A stretch of 64,000 bases of DNA from Torpedo marmorata (GCA_977017645.1 OZ360223.1:124434001-124498000); one strand, 5' to 3'; shown: positions 1-13,300, counted from the stretch's first letter. The notes: generated by a model not told the origin, from the letters alone. Program-made: numbers and translations.

Positions 1-701
1 CTCCATACCTTCCACTTCCTTGCCCTGGTTCACCGGCCTGACACGCCCTGGCACTCGGTGTTGCCATCTGCCAATCAGGGGGGTCCCCAGTGGCGGTCGC
101 TCTATGCAGGGATCCGGCCCTTGTACATCGGGGAACTGGGGTGGAGGGTATTACACCAAGCGGTGCCCTGATACAAGTTTCTGAGCCAGTTCACGGGTCT
201 CCCAGCTGCGTGCCATTTCTGTGGGCTGGAGGAGACCGTGTACCACATGTGCATGGGGTGTGTGAGGTTGCAGCCCCTCTATGCCTTTCTGAAGGGGCTG
301 CTCCTCGCATTCTGGTTACATTTCAGCCCTACCCTCTTTATCTTTGGCCACCCAGTGAGGAAGGGAGGGGGATGTCCTGGTCGCCTTACTCCTGGGCTTG
401 GCCAAACTCTCCATCCGTGGCTCCTGGAAACGAGCGGCTCAGGGCTCCTCCTGCAATGACGCGCTGGATATCTTCCGGGGGTACGTTCGGGCCCGGGTGT
501 CCTTAGAACGGGAACATGCGCTGACCACGGGAACCATGGAAGAGTTTCGGGAGCGCTGGGCACCGCGGGGTGTACACTCCATCATCGATGGGCATGGAAA
601 CATTTTAATATAGTTGTACGGTTGTCTTGTGTTTCATGTCTTGTAGTTGTTTGTTTAAATTGATGTTTTAGTGAAATAAAGAATACTTTTCAAAAAAAAA
701 A
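1..701 (+). mobile_element. Tx1-clade LINE 3' fragment (duplicate of 2505-3205)
   Basis: ORF2 C-terminus (CHFCGLEETVYHMCMGCVRLQPL...FWLHFSPTLFIFGH...EEFRERWAPRG), then AATAAA and poly(A). Confidence 0.8.
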
Positions 702-859
702 GCATCATAGTGCAAACATTCATATTATAACCATCTTACAACATTACTATAAAAAATATATATAAATAATAGTGCACGAAAAGTAAGGCAGTGTCTTTGG
801 TTCATTGATTATTTAGGAATCTGATGGGACCATCACCCAGAGAAGATCAGACTGTGGGG

Positions 860-2380
860 CCCGTACCCCATTGAGGGTCAGTGTGTGTGGGACCTGTCCC
901 CCAGTGAGGGTCAGTGTGTGTGGGATCCATCCCCCAGTGAGGGTCAGTGTGTGTGGGATCCATCCCCCAGTGAGAGTCAGTGTGTGTGGGATCCATCACC
1001 CAGTGAGGGTCAGTGTGTGTGGGACCTGTCCCCCAGTGAGAGTCAGTGTGTGTGGGACCTGTCCCCAGTGAGAGTCAGTGTGTGTGGGACCTGTCCCCAG
1101 TGAGAGTCAGTGTGTGTGGGACCCATCTCCCAGTGAGAGTCAGTGTGTGTGGGACCCATCTCCCAGTGAGGGACAGTGTGTGTGGGATCTATCTCCCAGT
1201 GAGAGTCAGTGTGTGTGGGATCCATCTCCCAGTGAGAGTCAGTGTGTGTGGGATCCATCTCCCAGTGAGGGTCAGTGTGTGTGGGACCTGTCCACAGTGA
1301 TAGTCAGTGTGTGTGGGATCCATCTCCCAGTGAGAGTCAGTGTGTGTGGGATCCATCTCCCAGTGAGAGTCAGTGTGTGTGGGATCCATCTCCCAGTGAG
1401 GGTCAGTGTGTGTGGGATCCATCTCCCAGTGAGGGTCAGTGTGTGTGGGATCTATCTCCCAGTGAGAGTCAGTGTGTGTGGGACCTGTCCCCAGTGAGAG
1501 TCAGTGTGTGTGGGACCTGTCCCCAGTGAGAGTCAGTGTGTGTGGGATCCATCTCCCAGTGAGAGTCAGTGTGTGTGGGATCCATCTCCCAGTGAGGGTC
1601 AGTGTGTGTGGGATCCATCTCCCAGTGAGGGTCAGTGTGTGTGGGATCTATCTCCCAGTGAGAGTCAGTGTGTGTGGGACCTGTCCCCAGTGAGAGTCAG
1701 TGTGTGTGGGATCCATCTCCCAGTGAGGGACAGTATGTGTGGGACAGTCCCCCATTGAGGGTCAGTGTATGTGTGTGTGGGACCCATCTCCCAGTGAGAA
1801 ACAGTGTGGGTGTGGAACCCGTCCCCTATTGAGGGTCATTGTGCGTGTGGGATCCGTCCCCCAGTGAGGGTCAGTGTGTGTGGAACCATCTCCCAGTGAG
1901 AAACAGTGTGGGTGTGGAACCCGTCCCCTATTGAGGGTCATTGTGCGTGTGGGATCCGTCCCCCAGTGAGGGTCAGTGTGTGTGGGACCCGTCCCCTATT
2001 GAGGGTCAGTGTGTGTGGGACCTGTCCCCCAGTGAGGGTCAGTGTGTGTGGGACCTGTCCCGCAGTGAGGGTCAGTATGTGTGGGACCCGTCCCCCAGTG
2101 AGGGTCAGAGTGTGTGAGGGACCCGTCCACCAGTGAGGGTCAGTGTGTGTGGGACCCGTCCCCCAGTGGGTCAGTATGTGTGGGACCCGTCCCCCAGTGA
2201 GGGTCAGAGTGTGTGTGAGACCCGTCCCCCAGTGAGGAACAGTGTGTGTGGGACCGTCCCCCAGTGAGGGTCAGTGTGTGTGGGACCCGTCCCCCAGTGA
2301 GGATCAGAGTGTGTGTGGGACCCATCCCCCAGTGAGGAACAGTGTGTGTGGGACCCGTCCCCCAGTGAGGGTCAGTGTGT
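860..2380. repeat. Minisatellite, about 32-33-bp unit CCCAGTGAG(A/G)GTCAGTGTGTGTGGGA(T/C)CCATCT
   Basis: Direct tandem repeats. The same family occurs at about 3365-3535, 5056-5795 and 47850-47920. Confidence 0.95.
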
Positions 2381-2435
2381 CAGAATCAGAGTTTATTGTC
2401 ATGAACAAAGCATGAAATTTGGTGTTTTGCAGCAG

Positions 2436-3205
2436 AGCCGACTCTCGTCAACACCCACTGTGCCATTCCGAGAGGCAGGGAGGAAGTTCCTGTACGGGTT
2501 ACTGCTCCATACCTTCCACTTCCTTGCCCTGGTTCACCGGCCTGACACGCCCTGGCGCTCGGTGTTGCCATCTGCCAATCAGGGGGGTCCCCAGTGGCGG
2601 TCGCTCTATGCAGGGATCCGGCCCTTGTACATCGGGGAACTGGGGTGGAGGGTATTACACCAAGCGGTGCCCTGATACAAGTTTCTGAGCCAGTTCACGG
2701 GTCTCCCAGCTGCGTGCCATTTCTGTGGGCTGGAGGAGACCGTGTACCACATGTGCATGGGGTGTGTGAGGTTGCAGCCCCTCTATGCCTTTCTGAAGGG
2801 GCTGCTCCTCGCATTCTGGTTACATTTCAGCCCTACCCTCTTTATCTTTGGCCACCCAGTGAGGAAGGGAGGGGGATGTCCTGGTCGCCTTACTCCTGGG
2901 CTTGGCCAAACTCTCCATCCGTGGCTCCTGGAAACGAGCGGCTCAGGGCTCCTCCTGCAATGACGCGCTGGATATCTTCCGGGGGTACGTTCGGGCCCGG
3001 GTGTCCTTAGAACGGGAACATGCGCTGACCACGGGAACCATGGAAGAGTTTCGGGAGCGCTGGGCACCGCGGGGTGTACACTCCATCATCGATGGGCATG
3101 GAAACATTTTAATATAGTTGTACGGTTGTCTTGTGTTTCATGTCTTGTAGTTGTTTGTTTAAATTGATGTTTTAGTGAAATAAAGAATACTTTTCAAAAA
3201 AAAAA
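2436..3205 (+). mobile_element. 5'-truncated Tx1-clade LINE inserted in the 3' tail of a Rex1/Babar-like element
   Basis: Same Tx1 ORF2 C-terminus and poly(A). Flanks ...ttttgcagcag | gcatcatagtgc... rejoin to match the uninterrupted copy at about 3815-3990. Confidence 0.8.
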
Positions 3206-3539
3206 GCATCATAGTGCAAACATTCATATTATAACCATCTTACAACATTACTATAAAAAATATATATAAATAATAGTGCACGAAAAGTAAGGCAGTGTCT
3301 TTGGTTCATTGATTATTTAGGAATCTGATGGGACCATCACCCAGAGAAGATCAGACTGTGGGGCCCGTACCCCATTGAGGGTCAGTGTGTGTGGGACCTG
3401 TCCCCCAGTTGAGGGTCAGTGTGTGTGGGACCGTCCCCCAGTGAGGGTCAGTGTGTGTGTGGAACCCATCTCCTAGTGAGGGTCAGTTTGTGTGGCACCC
3501 GTCCCCTACTGAGGATCATTGTGCGTGTGGGACCCAGCC

Positions 3540-5052
3540 CCAACCACCATTAACTCAGCCCTCACCCGCATCTCCTCCATTTCCAGCTCATCTGCCCTGG
3601 CTCCCTCTGCCCCCAGATGCAACAAACATAGAGTCCCCCTCATCCTCACCTACCACCCCACCAGCCTCCGCATTCAACACATTATCCTCCGGAATTTCCG
3701 GCACCTACAACAGGATCCCACTACTAGACACATCTTCTCCTCTCCTCCCCTCTCTGCCTTCCGTAGGGACCGCTCCCTCCGTGACCCCCTCGTGCACACA
3801 TCTCTCCCCACCAATCAGAATCAGAATTTATTGTCATGAACAAGTCACGAAATTCAGTGTTTTGCGGCAGCATCATAGTGCAAACATTCATATTATAACC
3901 ATCTTACAACAATAATATAAAAAATATAAATAATAGTGCACGAAAAGTAAGGCAGTGTCTTTGGTTCATTGATTATTCAGGAATCTGGTGGCAGCGGGGA
4001 AGAAGCTGTCCTTGTGCCGTTGAGTGCTCGTCTTTAGGCTCCTGTACCTTTTCCCCGATGGTAGCAGAGTGAAGAGGGCGCGGCCTGTGTGGTGGGGATC
4101 TTTGAGGATAGAGACTGCTTTTTTAAGACACTGCCTCATGTGGTGTCCTCGATGGAGTGAAGTTTGGTGCCTGTGATGTCACAGGCCGAGTTAACAACCC
4201 TCTGGAGTTTTTTCTTGTCCTGAGATTTGGCGCCTCCACACCAGACAGTGATGCATCCAGCCAGAATGCTCTCCACGGTACACCTGTAGAAGTTTTCGAG
4301 AGTCTTCTGTGACATACCGAATCGCCCCACCCCCGGTACCTTCCCCTGTGGCCGCAGGAGGTGCCACATTTGCGCCCACACCTCCTCCCTCACCACTGTC
4401 CAGGGCCCCAAACAGGCCTTTCAAGTGAAGCAACACTTCACTTATGTATTCGCAGGATTGATTTACTGCATCCGGTGCTCCCTTTGTGGCCTTCTCTACA
4501 TCGGAGAGATTGGGCGCAGATTGGGAGATCGCTTCGCTGAGCTCCTTCCGTACCAGTGACAGAGACCTCCCAGTAGCCAACCATTTCAGTTCTGTGTCAC
4601 ACTCACATACTCACATGGCCTTATGTACTATCCCACCAAAGTGGAGGAACAACACCTGATTTTCTGTCTGGGCACTCTCCAGCCAGGTGGCATTAACATC
4701 GACTTTTCCGGTTTCTGATAATCTGCTCTCCTCTTCCCCCTCCCCTTCACTCCCCTTTCCAGTTCTCCTCCCTCCCTTCCCTCTGTATTCACCAAGCCAT
4801 CCCTCCTTCCCTTGATCGCTGTTGTCCCCTCCCTCCCTTCTCCACCTATCACCTCCTGCCTTTGCAACCACATCTCCCCCCCCCTATGTTGTTCGGACGC
4901 CTGCCGACATTTTTACATACCTTGATGAATGGCTAAAGTCCGTTATGTATTTTTACCTTTGCTTTATAAAAGACACTGTTTGACCTGCTGAGTTTCTCCA
5001 GCATTGTGTTTTTACTTCAACCACGGTGTCTACAGATTTTCATGTTTTACTT
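3540..5052 (+). mobile_element. Penelope-like element 3' part (GIY-YIG region + pseudo-LTR), interrupted by a Rex1/Babar copy
   Basis: PLILTYHPTSLRIQHIILRNFRHLQQDP and IYCIRCSLCGLLYIGE motifs; closely matches 52580-53570. Confidence 0.85.
3813..4320 (-). mobile_element. Rex1/Babar-type LINE 3' fragment nested in Penelope
   Basis: FYRCTVESILAGCITVWCGGAKSQDKKKLQRVV; (TCTGAT)n tail; AATC at both junctions. Confidence 0.8.
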
Positions 5053-5055
5053 TTC

Positions 5056-5795
5056 TCCCAGTGAGGATCACTGTGTGTGGAGCAGTACCCCAGTGAGGGT
5101 CAGTGTGTGTGGGACCGTCCCCCAGTGAGGGTCACTGTGTGTGGAACGTGTCTCCCAGTGAGGATCACTGTGTGTGGGGCAGTACCCCAGTGAGGGTCAC
5201 TGTGTGTGGGACCGTCCCCCAGTGAGGGTCACTGTGTGTGGAACGTGTCTCCCAGTGAGGATCACTGTGTGTGGAGCAGTACCCCAGTGAGGGTCACTGT
5301 GTGTGGAACGTGTCTCCCAGTGAGGGTCACTGTGTGTGGGACCGTCCCCCAGTGAGGGTCACTGTGTGTGGAACGTGTCTCCCAGTGAGGATCACTGTGT
5401 GTGGGACCGTCCCCCAGTGAGGGTCACTGTGTGTGGAACGTGTCTCCCAGTGAGGGTCACTGTGTGTGGGGTAGTACCCCAGTGAGGGTCTGTGTGTGTG
5501 GGACCGTCCCCCAGTGAGGGTCACTGTGTGTGTGGGACCCGTCCCCCAGTGAGGATCACTGTGTGTGGAGCAGTACCCCAGTGAGGGTCAGTGTGTGTGG
5601 GACCGTCCCCCAGTGAGGGTCACTGTGTGTGGGACGTGTCTCCCAGTGAGGATCACTGTGTGTGGGGCAGTACCCCAGTGAGGGTCAGTGTGTGTGGGGC
5701 AGTACCCCAGTGAGGGTCAGTGTGTGTGGGACCGTCCCCCAGTGAGGGTCACTGTGTGTGGGACGTGTCTCCCAGTGAGGGTCTGTGTGTGTGGG
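5056..5795. repeat. Minisatellite CCCAGTGAGG(G/A)TCACTGTGTGTGG... (about 30-bp units)
   Basis: Direct tandem repeats. Confidence 0.95.
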
Positions 5796-5827
5796 CCATA
5801 GCTCATTGAAAGTTGCCACACAAATAG

Positions 5828-8800
5828 TTGGGTTAGTCATGTGTTCCGAATGCAGGATGTGGGAGGTCAGGGACATCACAAATGTTCCTGATGACCACAC
5901 CTGCAAAAGGTGCATCCAGATGCAACTCCTGCGAGACCATGTTAGGGAACTGGAGTTGCAGCTGGATGAACTTCGGATCATGAGGGAGGCAGAGGTAGTC
6001 ATAGATAGGGAGACAGTCACCCCAAATAGACAGGAGTCAGCTAACTGGGTGACTGTGAGGAAAGGGAAGGGGGGGAGACAGACAGTGCAGGGATCCCCTG
6101 TGGCTGTTCCCCTCAATAATAAGTATACTGTTTTGGATATTGTTGGGGGGTCGACCTACCAGGGACAAGTCACAGGGGTCAAGTCTCTGGCACGGGGGAT
6201 GGCCCCTCGGCTCAGAAGGGAAGGGGGGAAAAGAGGAGAGCTTTTGAATTGGGGACTCGCTGCTTAGAGGAACAGATAGGAGGTTTGCTGGACGAGATCA
6301 GAGCTCCCGGTTGGTATGTTGCCTTCCAGGTGCCAGGGTCAGGGATGTCACTGATCGAGTACTCAGCATTCTGGAGGGGGAGGGCGAGCAGCCAGGTGTC
6401 GTGGTCCACGTGGGGACCAATGACATAGAAAGAAATGGGGATGAGGTCCTGAAGAAGGAATATAAGGAGTTAGGAAGGAGGTTAAAAAGCAGGACCTCGA
6501 GGGTGGTAATCTCAGGATTGCTGCCTGTGCCACGCGCTAGAGAGGGTAGGAATAGGAAGATGTGGAGGATGAATGCGTGGCTAAAGAGTTGGTGCTGGGG
6601 GCAGGGGTTCACATTTGTGGATCATTGGGATCTCTTCTGGGGAAGGTCTGACCTGTACAAAAGGGACGGGCTGCACTTGAACTGGAGGGGGACCAATATC
6701 CTGGCAGGCAGGTTTGCAAGAGCTGTTGGGGAGGGTTTAAACTAGTTTGGCAGGGGGGTGGGAATCAGAATGTGAATGCGGAGAGTAGGGTAGAAGAACA
6801 CCTAGATTTGAAGGAAGAGAGGAACCAGAATGTTAAAGTTAATGAAGGAGAGGGTAATCAAAAGAGTGTATTTGGGGGACATTCTCTCAAGTGTATCTAT
6901 TTCAATGCAAGGAGCATTGTAAGAAAGGTGGATGAGCTTAAAATATGGATTGATACATGGAAATATGATATTGTAGCCATCAGTGAAACTTGGTTGCAGG
7001 AGGGGCATGATTGGCAGCTAAATATTCCTGGATTCCGTTGTTTTAGGCGTGATAGAACAGGGGGGATAAAAGGTGGAGGGGTCGCAGTGCTTGTTAGAGA
7101 AACCATTACAGCGGTGCTATGGCAGGATAGATTGGAGGGCTCGTCCAGTGAGGCTATTTTGGGTGGAATTGAGGAATGGGAAAGGCATGAAAACACTAAT
7201 GGGAGTGTATTATAGACCACCGAATGGGCAGAGGGAATTAGAGGAGGAAATTTGTAAGGAGATAGAATATATGTGTAATAAGCATAAGGTGGTGATTATA
7301 GGTGATTTTAACTTTCCACATATTGACTGGGACGCCCATACTGTAATAGGGACAAATTGGGTTGGAGTTTGTCAAATGTGTTCAGGAAAGTTTTCTAAAT
7401 CAATACATAGAAGAACCGACGAGAGAGGGGGCAGTATTGGATCTCCTATTTGCGAACGAGATAGGTCAGGTGACAGAGGTTTGTGTTGGGGAACACTTTG
7501 GGTCTAGTGATCATAATACCATTAGTTTTAGGTTGATAATGGAGAAGGATAGGGCTGGGCCTAAGGTTGAGATTCTTGATTGGAATAAGGCAAATTTCAA
7601 CGAGATGAGGAAAGATTTAGAGGGTGTGGATTGGGATAATTTATTTTTAGGAAAGGATGTCAAAGATAAATGGAGGATATTCAAAGGGGAAATTTTGAGA
7701 GTACAGAGTCGGTTCGTCCCTGTGAGGATTAAAGGAAGAGTTAGAAAATATAGGGAGCCTTGGTTTTCAAAGGATATTGGGAATTTGGTTCGGAGGAAGA
7801 GGGATGTGTACACCAGGTATAGACAGCAGGGAATAGATGAGGTCCTTGAAGAATATAAGGAGTGTAAAAAAAATCTTAAGAAAGAAATTAGAAAGGCTAA
7901 AAGGAGATATGAGGCTGCTTTGGCAGGCAAGGTAAAAATAAATCCAAAGGGTTTCAACAGGTACATTAAAAGCAAAAGAATAGTGAGGGATAAAATTGGG
8001 CCCATTGAGGATCAGACGGGTAGGCTATGTGAGAAGTCAGAGGAGATGGGGGAGATTTTAAATGAATTTTTTTCTTCAGTATTTACAAAGGAAAGGAATA
8101 TTGAGCCGGGGAGGTAAGGAAATCTGGCAGTGAGCTCATGGATAATATAAAGATTAATGAGGAGGTAGTATTGGCTATTTTAAAGAGTATAAAGGTGGAT
8201 AAATCTCCAGGTCCTGACAGGATATTCCCGAGGACCCTGAGGGAGGTTAGTGTACAAATAGTGGGGGCTCTGACAAAAATATTTAAAATGTCACTGGCCA
8301 CGGGGGAGGTGCCGCAGGATTGGAGGGTAGCTCATGTTGTCCCGCTGTTTAAGAAGGGCTCCAAAAGTAAACCTGGAAATTATAGGCCTGTGAGTCTGAC
8401 ATCGGTGGTAGGTAAATTAATGGAGAGTGTTCTTAGAGATGGTGTATACAGTTATTTGGAAAGACAAGCATTGATTAGGAGTAGTCAACACGGTTTTGTT
8501 CGTGGTAGATCATGTTTGACAAATCTCATAGAGTTTTTCGATGAGGTTACTAAGAGGGTTGACGAGGGGAAGGCAGTGGATGTTGTCTATATGGACTTTA
8601 GTAAGACATTTGACAAGGTTCCGCATAAGAGGCTCGTTAGGAAGGTTCAAGCATTAGGTATTAACGACGAAGTAGTGAAATAGATTCAACAATGGTTGGA
8701 TAGAAGATGCCAGAAAGTAGTGGTGGAAAATTGTTTGTCAAATTGGAGGCCGGTGACTAGTGGAGTGCCTCAGGGATCGGTACTGGGTCCATTGTTGTTT

Positions 8801-9766
8801 GTCATATATATTAATGATCTAGATGATAGGGTGGTAAATTGGATTAGTAAGTATGCAGATGATACGAAGATTGGTGGTGTTGTGGACAGTGAAGAGGGAT
8901 ATCAAAGTTTGCAGGGGGATATAGGACAGTTAGAAGAGTGGGCGGAAACATGGCAGATGGAATTTAATACTGATAAATGTGAGGTGCTACATTTTGGTAG
9001 GATTAATCAGCAAAGGTCATACATGTTAAATGGAAGACAATTGAGAAGTGCAGTAGAACAGAGGGATTTAGGAATTCTGGTACATAATTCCCTGAAAGTT
9101 GAGTCACACGTAGATAGGGTGGTGAAGAAAGCATTTGGTATATTGGCCTTCATAAATCAGAGTATTGAATACAGGAGTTGGGATGTCATGTTGAAGTTGT
9201 ATAAGGCATTGGTGAGGCCAAATTTGGAATATTGTGCGTAGTTTTGGTCGCCGAATTACAGGAAGGATATAAACAGAATAGAGAGAGTGCAGAGGAGATT
9301 TACAAGAATGTTGCCTGGGTTTCTGGTTTTGAGTTATAGGGAAAGGTTGAACAGGCTGGGACTTTATTCCCTGGAGTGTAGAAGGTTGAGGGGTGATTTG
9401 ATAGAGGTATTTAAAATTATGAAGGGGAAAGATAGAGTCAATGTGGACAGGCTTTTTCCATTGAGAGTGGGGAAGATTCAAACAAGAGGGCATGGATTGA
9501 TATTGAAGGGGGAAAAGTTTAGAGGAAACATGAGGGGGAATTTCTTCACTCAGAGGGTGTTAGGAGGGTGGAACGAGCTTCCGCCGAAGTGGTAGATGCA
9601 GGTTCAATTTTAATGTTTAAGGAAAAGTTGGATAGGTATATGGACGAGAGAGGTGTGGAGGGTTATGGGCCGGGTGCGGGTCAGTGGGACTAGGTGGGAG
9701 AATGTGTTCGGCATGGACAAGAAGGGCCGAACTGGCCTGTTTCTGTGCTGTAAATGTTATATGGTT
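5828..9766 (+). mobile_element. Near-full-length CR1 LINE (ORF1 zinc finger + SGNH esterase; ORF2 APE-RT), disrupted
   Basis: CSECRMWE..CKRC zinc finger and VHVGTND esterase in ORF1. YFNARS/ISETW/GDFN/SDH endonuclease and GVPQGSVLGP/YADD RT in ORF2, with stops and frameshifts. TSD AAATAG at 5822-5827 and 9767-9772, inside an older CR1. Confidence 0.93.
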
Positions 9767-10612
9767 AAATAGATCGGGTGATAAAGAAAGCGTGTGGAAT
9801 GCTTGGATTCTTGGTTGAGGTACTGAGTATCAAAGTAAGATCATGTTGCAGCTATATTCAACTTTGGTTCGGCTGCACTTGGAATACTGTGTGCAATTCC
9901 CGTCGCCACATTACAGGAAGGATGTGGAGGCTTTGGAGAGGGTACAGGAGAGGTTCACCAGGATGTTGTGTGGTTTAGAGGATATGAGTTATGGGAATAG
10001 GTTGGACAAATTTGATTTGCTTTCTCTGGAGCTTCAGAGGCTGAGGGGAGACCTGATCGAGGTTTATAAAATCATGAGAGGCATTGATAAAGTAGATAGT
10101 CAGAATCTATCCCCAAAGTATAGTGTCACACACTAGAGGATGTGTATATTAGGTGAGGGGAGGGAGTTTAAGGGAGATGTGTGGGACAAATCTTTTACAC
10201 GGAGAGAGGTGGGTGCCTGGAACCGGATGCCAGGGGTAGAGGTGGAAACAGATGCAATAGTCGTGTTTGAGCCTTTTAGACAGACACCTGCAAATGAAGG
10301 AGATGGAGGGATCTCTATCAATATTGGGGCGGCACGGTTAGCATAGCAGTTAGTGCAATGCTATTAGAGTGCCAGCGACCCAGATTTGAATCAGGCGCTG
10401 TCTATGCACCGTCTGCGTGGGTTTCCTCCCACATTTCAAAATGTACGGGGTTGCAGATTAATTGGGGTATTTGGGTGGCACGGGCTCATGGGCCAGAAAG
10501 GCCTGTTCCTGTGCTGTATTTAAGATTTTAGTTTGATTTGGACATCATGTTCAGTACAGACACGTGGCCTGAAGGGCCTGTTCCTGTGCTGTACTGTTCT
10601 GTCGTTCTATGT
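9767..10612 (+). mobile_element. Older CR1 3' fragment (host of the 5828-9766 insertion and of a V-SINE)
   Basis: Degenerate LVRLHLEYCVQF...RGDLIEVYKIMRG; continues HSSLKVATQI from 5797-5827. Confidence 0.8.
10326..10522 (+). mobile_element. V-SINE (HE1-like, tRNA-derived)
   Basis: Head GGGGCGGCACGGTTAGC, partial V-domain GTCTGCGTGGGTTTCCTCC, CR1-like tail. Confidence 0.7.
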
Positions 10613-10845
10613 TAGCCAGTGATGAAAGGCATTCATAATTCCCACAGATCATACCCCGTTAACTGTAACCACACTTGCAGTAAGTTCCCTGCTGATCGGA
10701 TTGCCCCTAGTGGAATCACCCTTAATTCTGTCCCAGTCCCACCACCCTTGCTCTCATTCCTCTGGAGCCCCGGATCCAGCTGCTCCATCCAGCCAGTGTT
10801 CAGCACCACTCAGTGTGGGTTACAGCATCTTCTCCTAGCCCAGGG

Positions 10846-12293
10846 AATTTTTTGAAGAGGTGACTAGGAATGTGGATGAGGGTAGCGCGGTGGATGTTGT
10901 CTATATGGACTTCAGTAAGGCCTTTGATAAGGTTCCGCATGGAAGGTTAGGAAGGTGCAGTCTTTAGGTATAAATTCTGAGATAGTCAAATGGATTGAAC
11001 ATTGGCTGGAAGGGAGAGGCCAGAGAGTGGTAGTGGATAATTGTCTGTCAGGTTGGAGGCCGGTGACCAGCGGTGTGCCTCAGGGATCTGTATTGGGCCC
11101 ATTGTTGTTCGTTATATATATCAATGATCTAGATGATGGGGTGGTAAACTGGATTAGTAAATATGCAGTTGATACTAAGATAGGTGGAATAGTGGATAAT
11201 GAAGAAGGTTTTCAAGGATTGCAGAGGGATTTGGGCTGCTTAGAAAAGTGGGCTGAAAAATGGCAGATGGAGTTTAATGCTGATAAGTGTGAGGTGCTTC
11301 ATTTTGGAAAGAAGAATCAGAACAGGACATATGTAGTAAATGGGAGAGCATTGATGAATACAGAAGAGCAGAAAGATTTAGGAATAACGGTGCATCGTTC
11401 CCTGAAGGTGGAAACTCGTGAATAGGGTGGTGAAGAAGGCTTTTAGTATGCTGGCCTTTATCAATCATTGCATAGAATATAGGAGTTGGGAAGTGATGTT
11501 GAGATTATATAAGGCTTTGGTGCAGCCTAATTTAGAGTTCTGTGTGCAGTTCTGGTCACCAAATTATAGGAAGGATATCAACAAAGTGGAGAGAGTGCAG
11601 AGAAGGTTTACCAGAATGTTACCTGGGTTTAAGAATCTAGAGTACAAGGAGAGATTGAGCGTATTAGGTCTTTATTCTTTGGAGCGTAGAAGGTTGAGAG
11701 GGGATTTGATAGAGGTATTTAAAATTATGAAAGGGATAGACAGAGTGGATGTGGATAGACTATTTCCATTAAGAATAGGAGAGATTGAAACAAGAGGACA
11801 TGAGCTAAGAGTTAAGGGGCAGAGGTTTAGAGGTAACATGAGGGGGAACTTCTTTACTCAGAGAGTGGTAGCGGTGTGGAATGAGCTTCCGGGAGAAGTA
11901 GTGGCGGCAGAGTCAATTTTATTATTTAACCATAACCATATAACAATTACAGCACGGAAACAGGCCATTAGGCCCTTCCAGTCCGCACCGAACCAAACAT
12001 TCCTATCTAGTCCCACCTACCTGCACCCTGCCCATAACCCTCCACTTCCTTCTCATCCATATACTTGTCCAACTTTTTCTTAAATAATAAAATTGACTCT
12101 GCCGCCACTACTTCTCCCGGAAGCTCATTCCACACCGCTAAAAGAAAAAGTTGGACAAATATATGGATGAGAAGGAAGTGGTGGGTTATGGGCAGGGTGC
12201 AGGTAGGTGGGACTAGATAGGAATGTTTGGTTCGGTGCGGACTGGAAGGGCCTAATGGCCTGTTTCCGTGCTGTAATTGTTATATGGTTATAT
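10846..12293 (+). mobile_element. CR1 LINE 3' part with a nested inverted copy of the same 3' end (about 11930-12140)
   Basis: RT motifs and a (TATGGTTA)-type tail; near-identical to 17398-18640 in the opposite orientation. Confidence 0.9.
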
Positions 12294-12972
12294 GAGACGG
12301 TGAGCTGCCACAAGGTAGCACAGGCAGGACGGGAATGATCGAGGACAGATCACCACAGAAAACAAAAACTTACAAAATACTTTTATTTAAAAAAAACATT
12401 TTACCAGTTTTGATTGCAGCTGGTTTTTTTTTGTCACAAACTTTGAATCCACATTTCACAGGTTAACTTTTCAGAATCAGAGACAGCCATTACTGGCATT
12501 AATTAAGCAATAATAATTTGATCCAGATGACCACTGTCCCAGAGAGTTAACCAAAAATTGTTTCAACCAGTTGCTGGGATTACCCATACTGACTCCAGTC
12601 AGTTTAATGTCTTTAACACCAGGCATTAAACAATGAATCATCCAATAGCAGGAACCGATACCAAGGAATTTCTGACAAGGAATTAATCATACATAACCAC
12701 TGATTACCAAATATTCCTGGCTGCCCCAACCCAAGGATAACAAATTGCCCAAGTACAGGGCATCAACTGTGCGGAGTGAGAGAAGTGATTGGTGGGGTGG
12801 GAATAGGCAGGTAATTAAATAAATAAATAACATGGGGGGTGTTGGCTGAGTCTCGCAGGGGCACATCATTGTGAGAGTGAAACACGAAAGTCTGCAGATG
12901 CTGTGATTGTAGTAAAAACACTCCGAAATGCTGGAGGAACTCAGCCAGTCTTTTCATTATTTTTATACATAA

Positions 12973-13300
12973 TTGAGAGACCTAGGTGTACAGGTACATA
13001 GTTCCGTTAAAATGGTGACATGGATAGATAGGGGTGAAGAAAGCCTTTGGCATGTTTGCCTTCATCAGTCAGGGCACAGAGTACAAAAGTTGGGGCATCG
13101 TGTTACCACTACAAATTCTGTCAGTGAGACCACACTTGGAGAATTGTGCACAGTTCTGGTCGCCTGGATATAGGAAGGATGTCCTTAAGCTGGAGAGGGT
13201 GCATAAAAGATTCACCAGGATGTTGCCTGGACTGGAGAGCTTGAGTTTTTGGGAGAGGCTAAGACGGTTTTCCCTGGAGTGTAGGAGGCTGAGGGGTAAC
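12973..13300 (+). mobile_element. Old CR1 RT fragment
   Basis: KKAFGMFAFI...RPHLENCAQFWSP. Confidence 0.75.

Noticed and set aside
860-2380. CRISPR-like appearance of regular repeats (also 40850-43450 and 60963-64000)
   Set aside because: No unique spacers, no cas genes, and a vertebrate context; these are minisatellites.
10610-10720. Possible SECIS element or neighbouring TXNRD3 3' end
   Set aside because: No convincing SECIS stem and no GCUG-coding exon found in the window.
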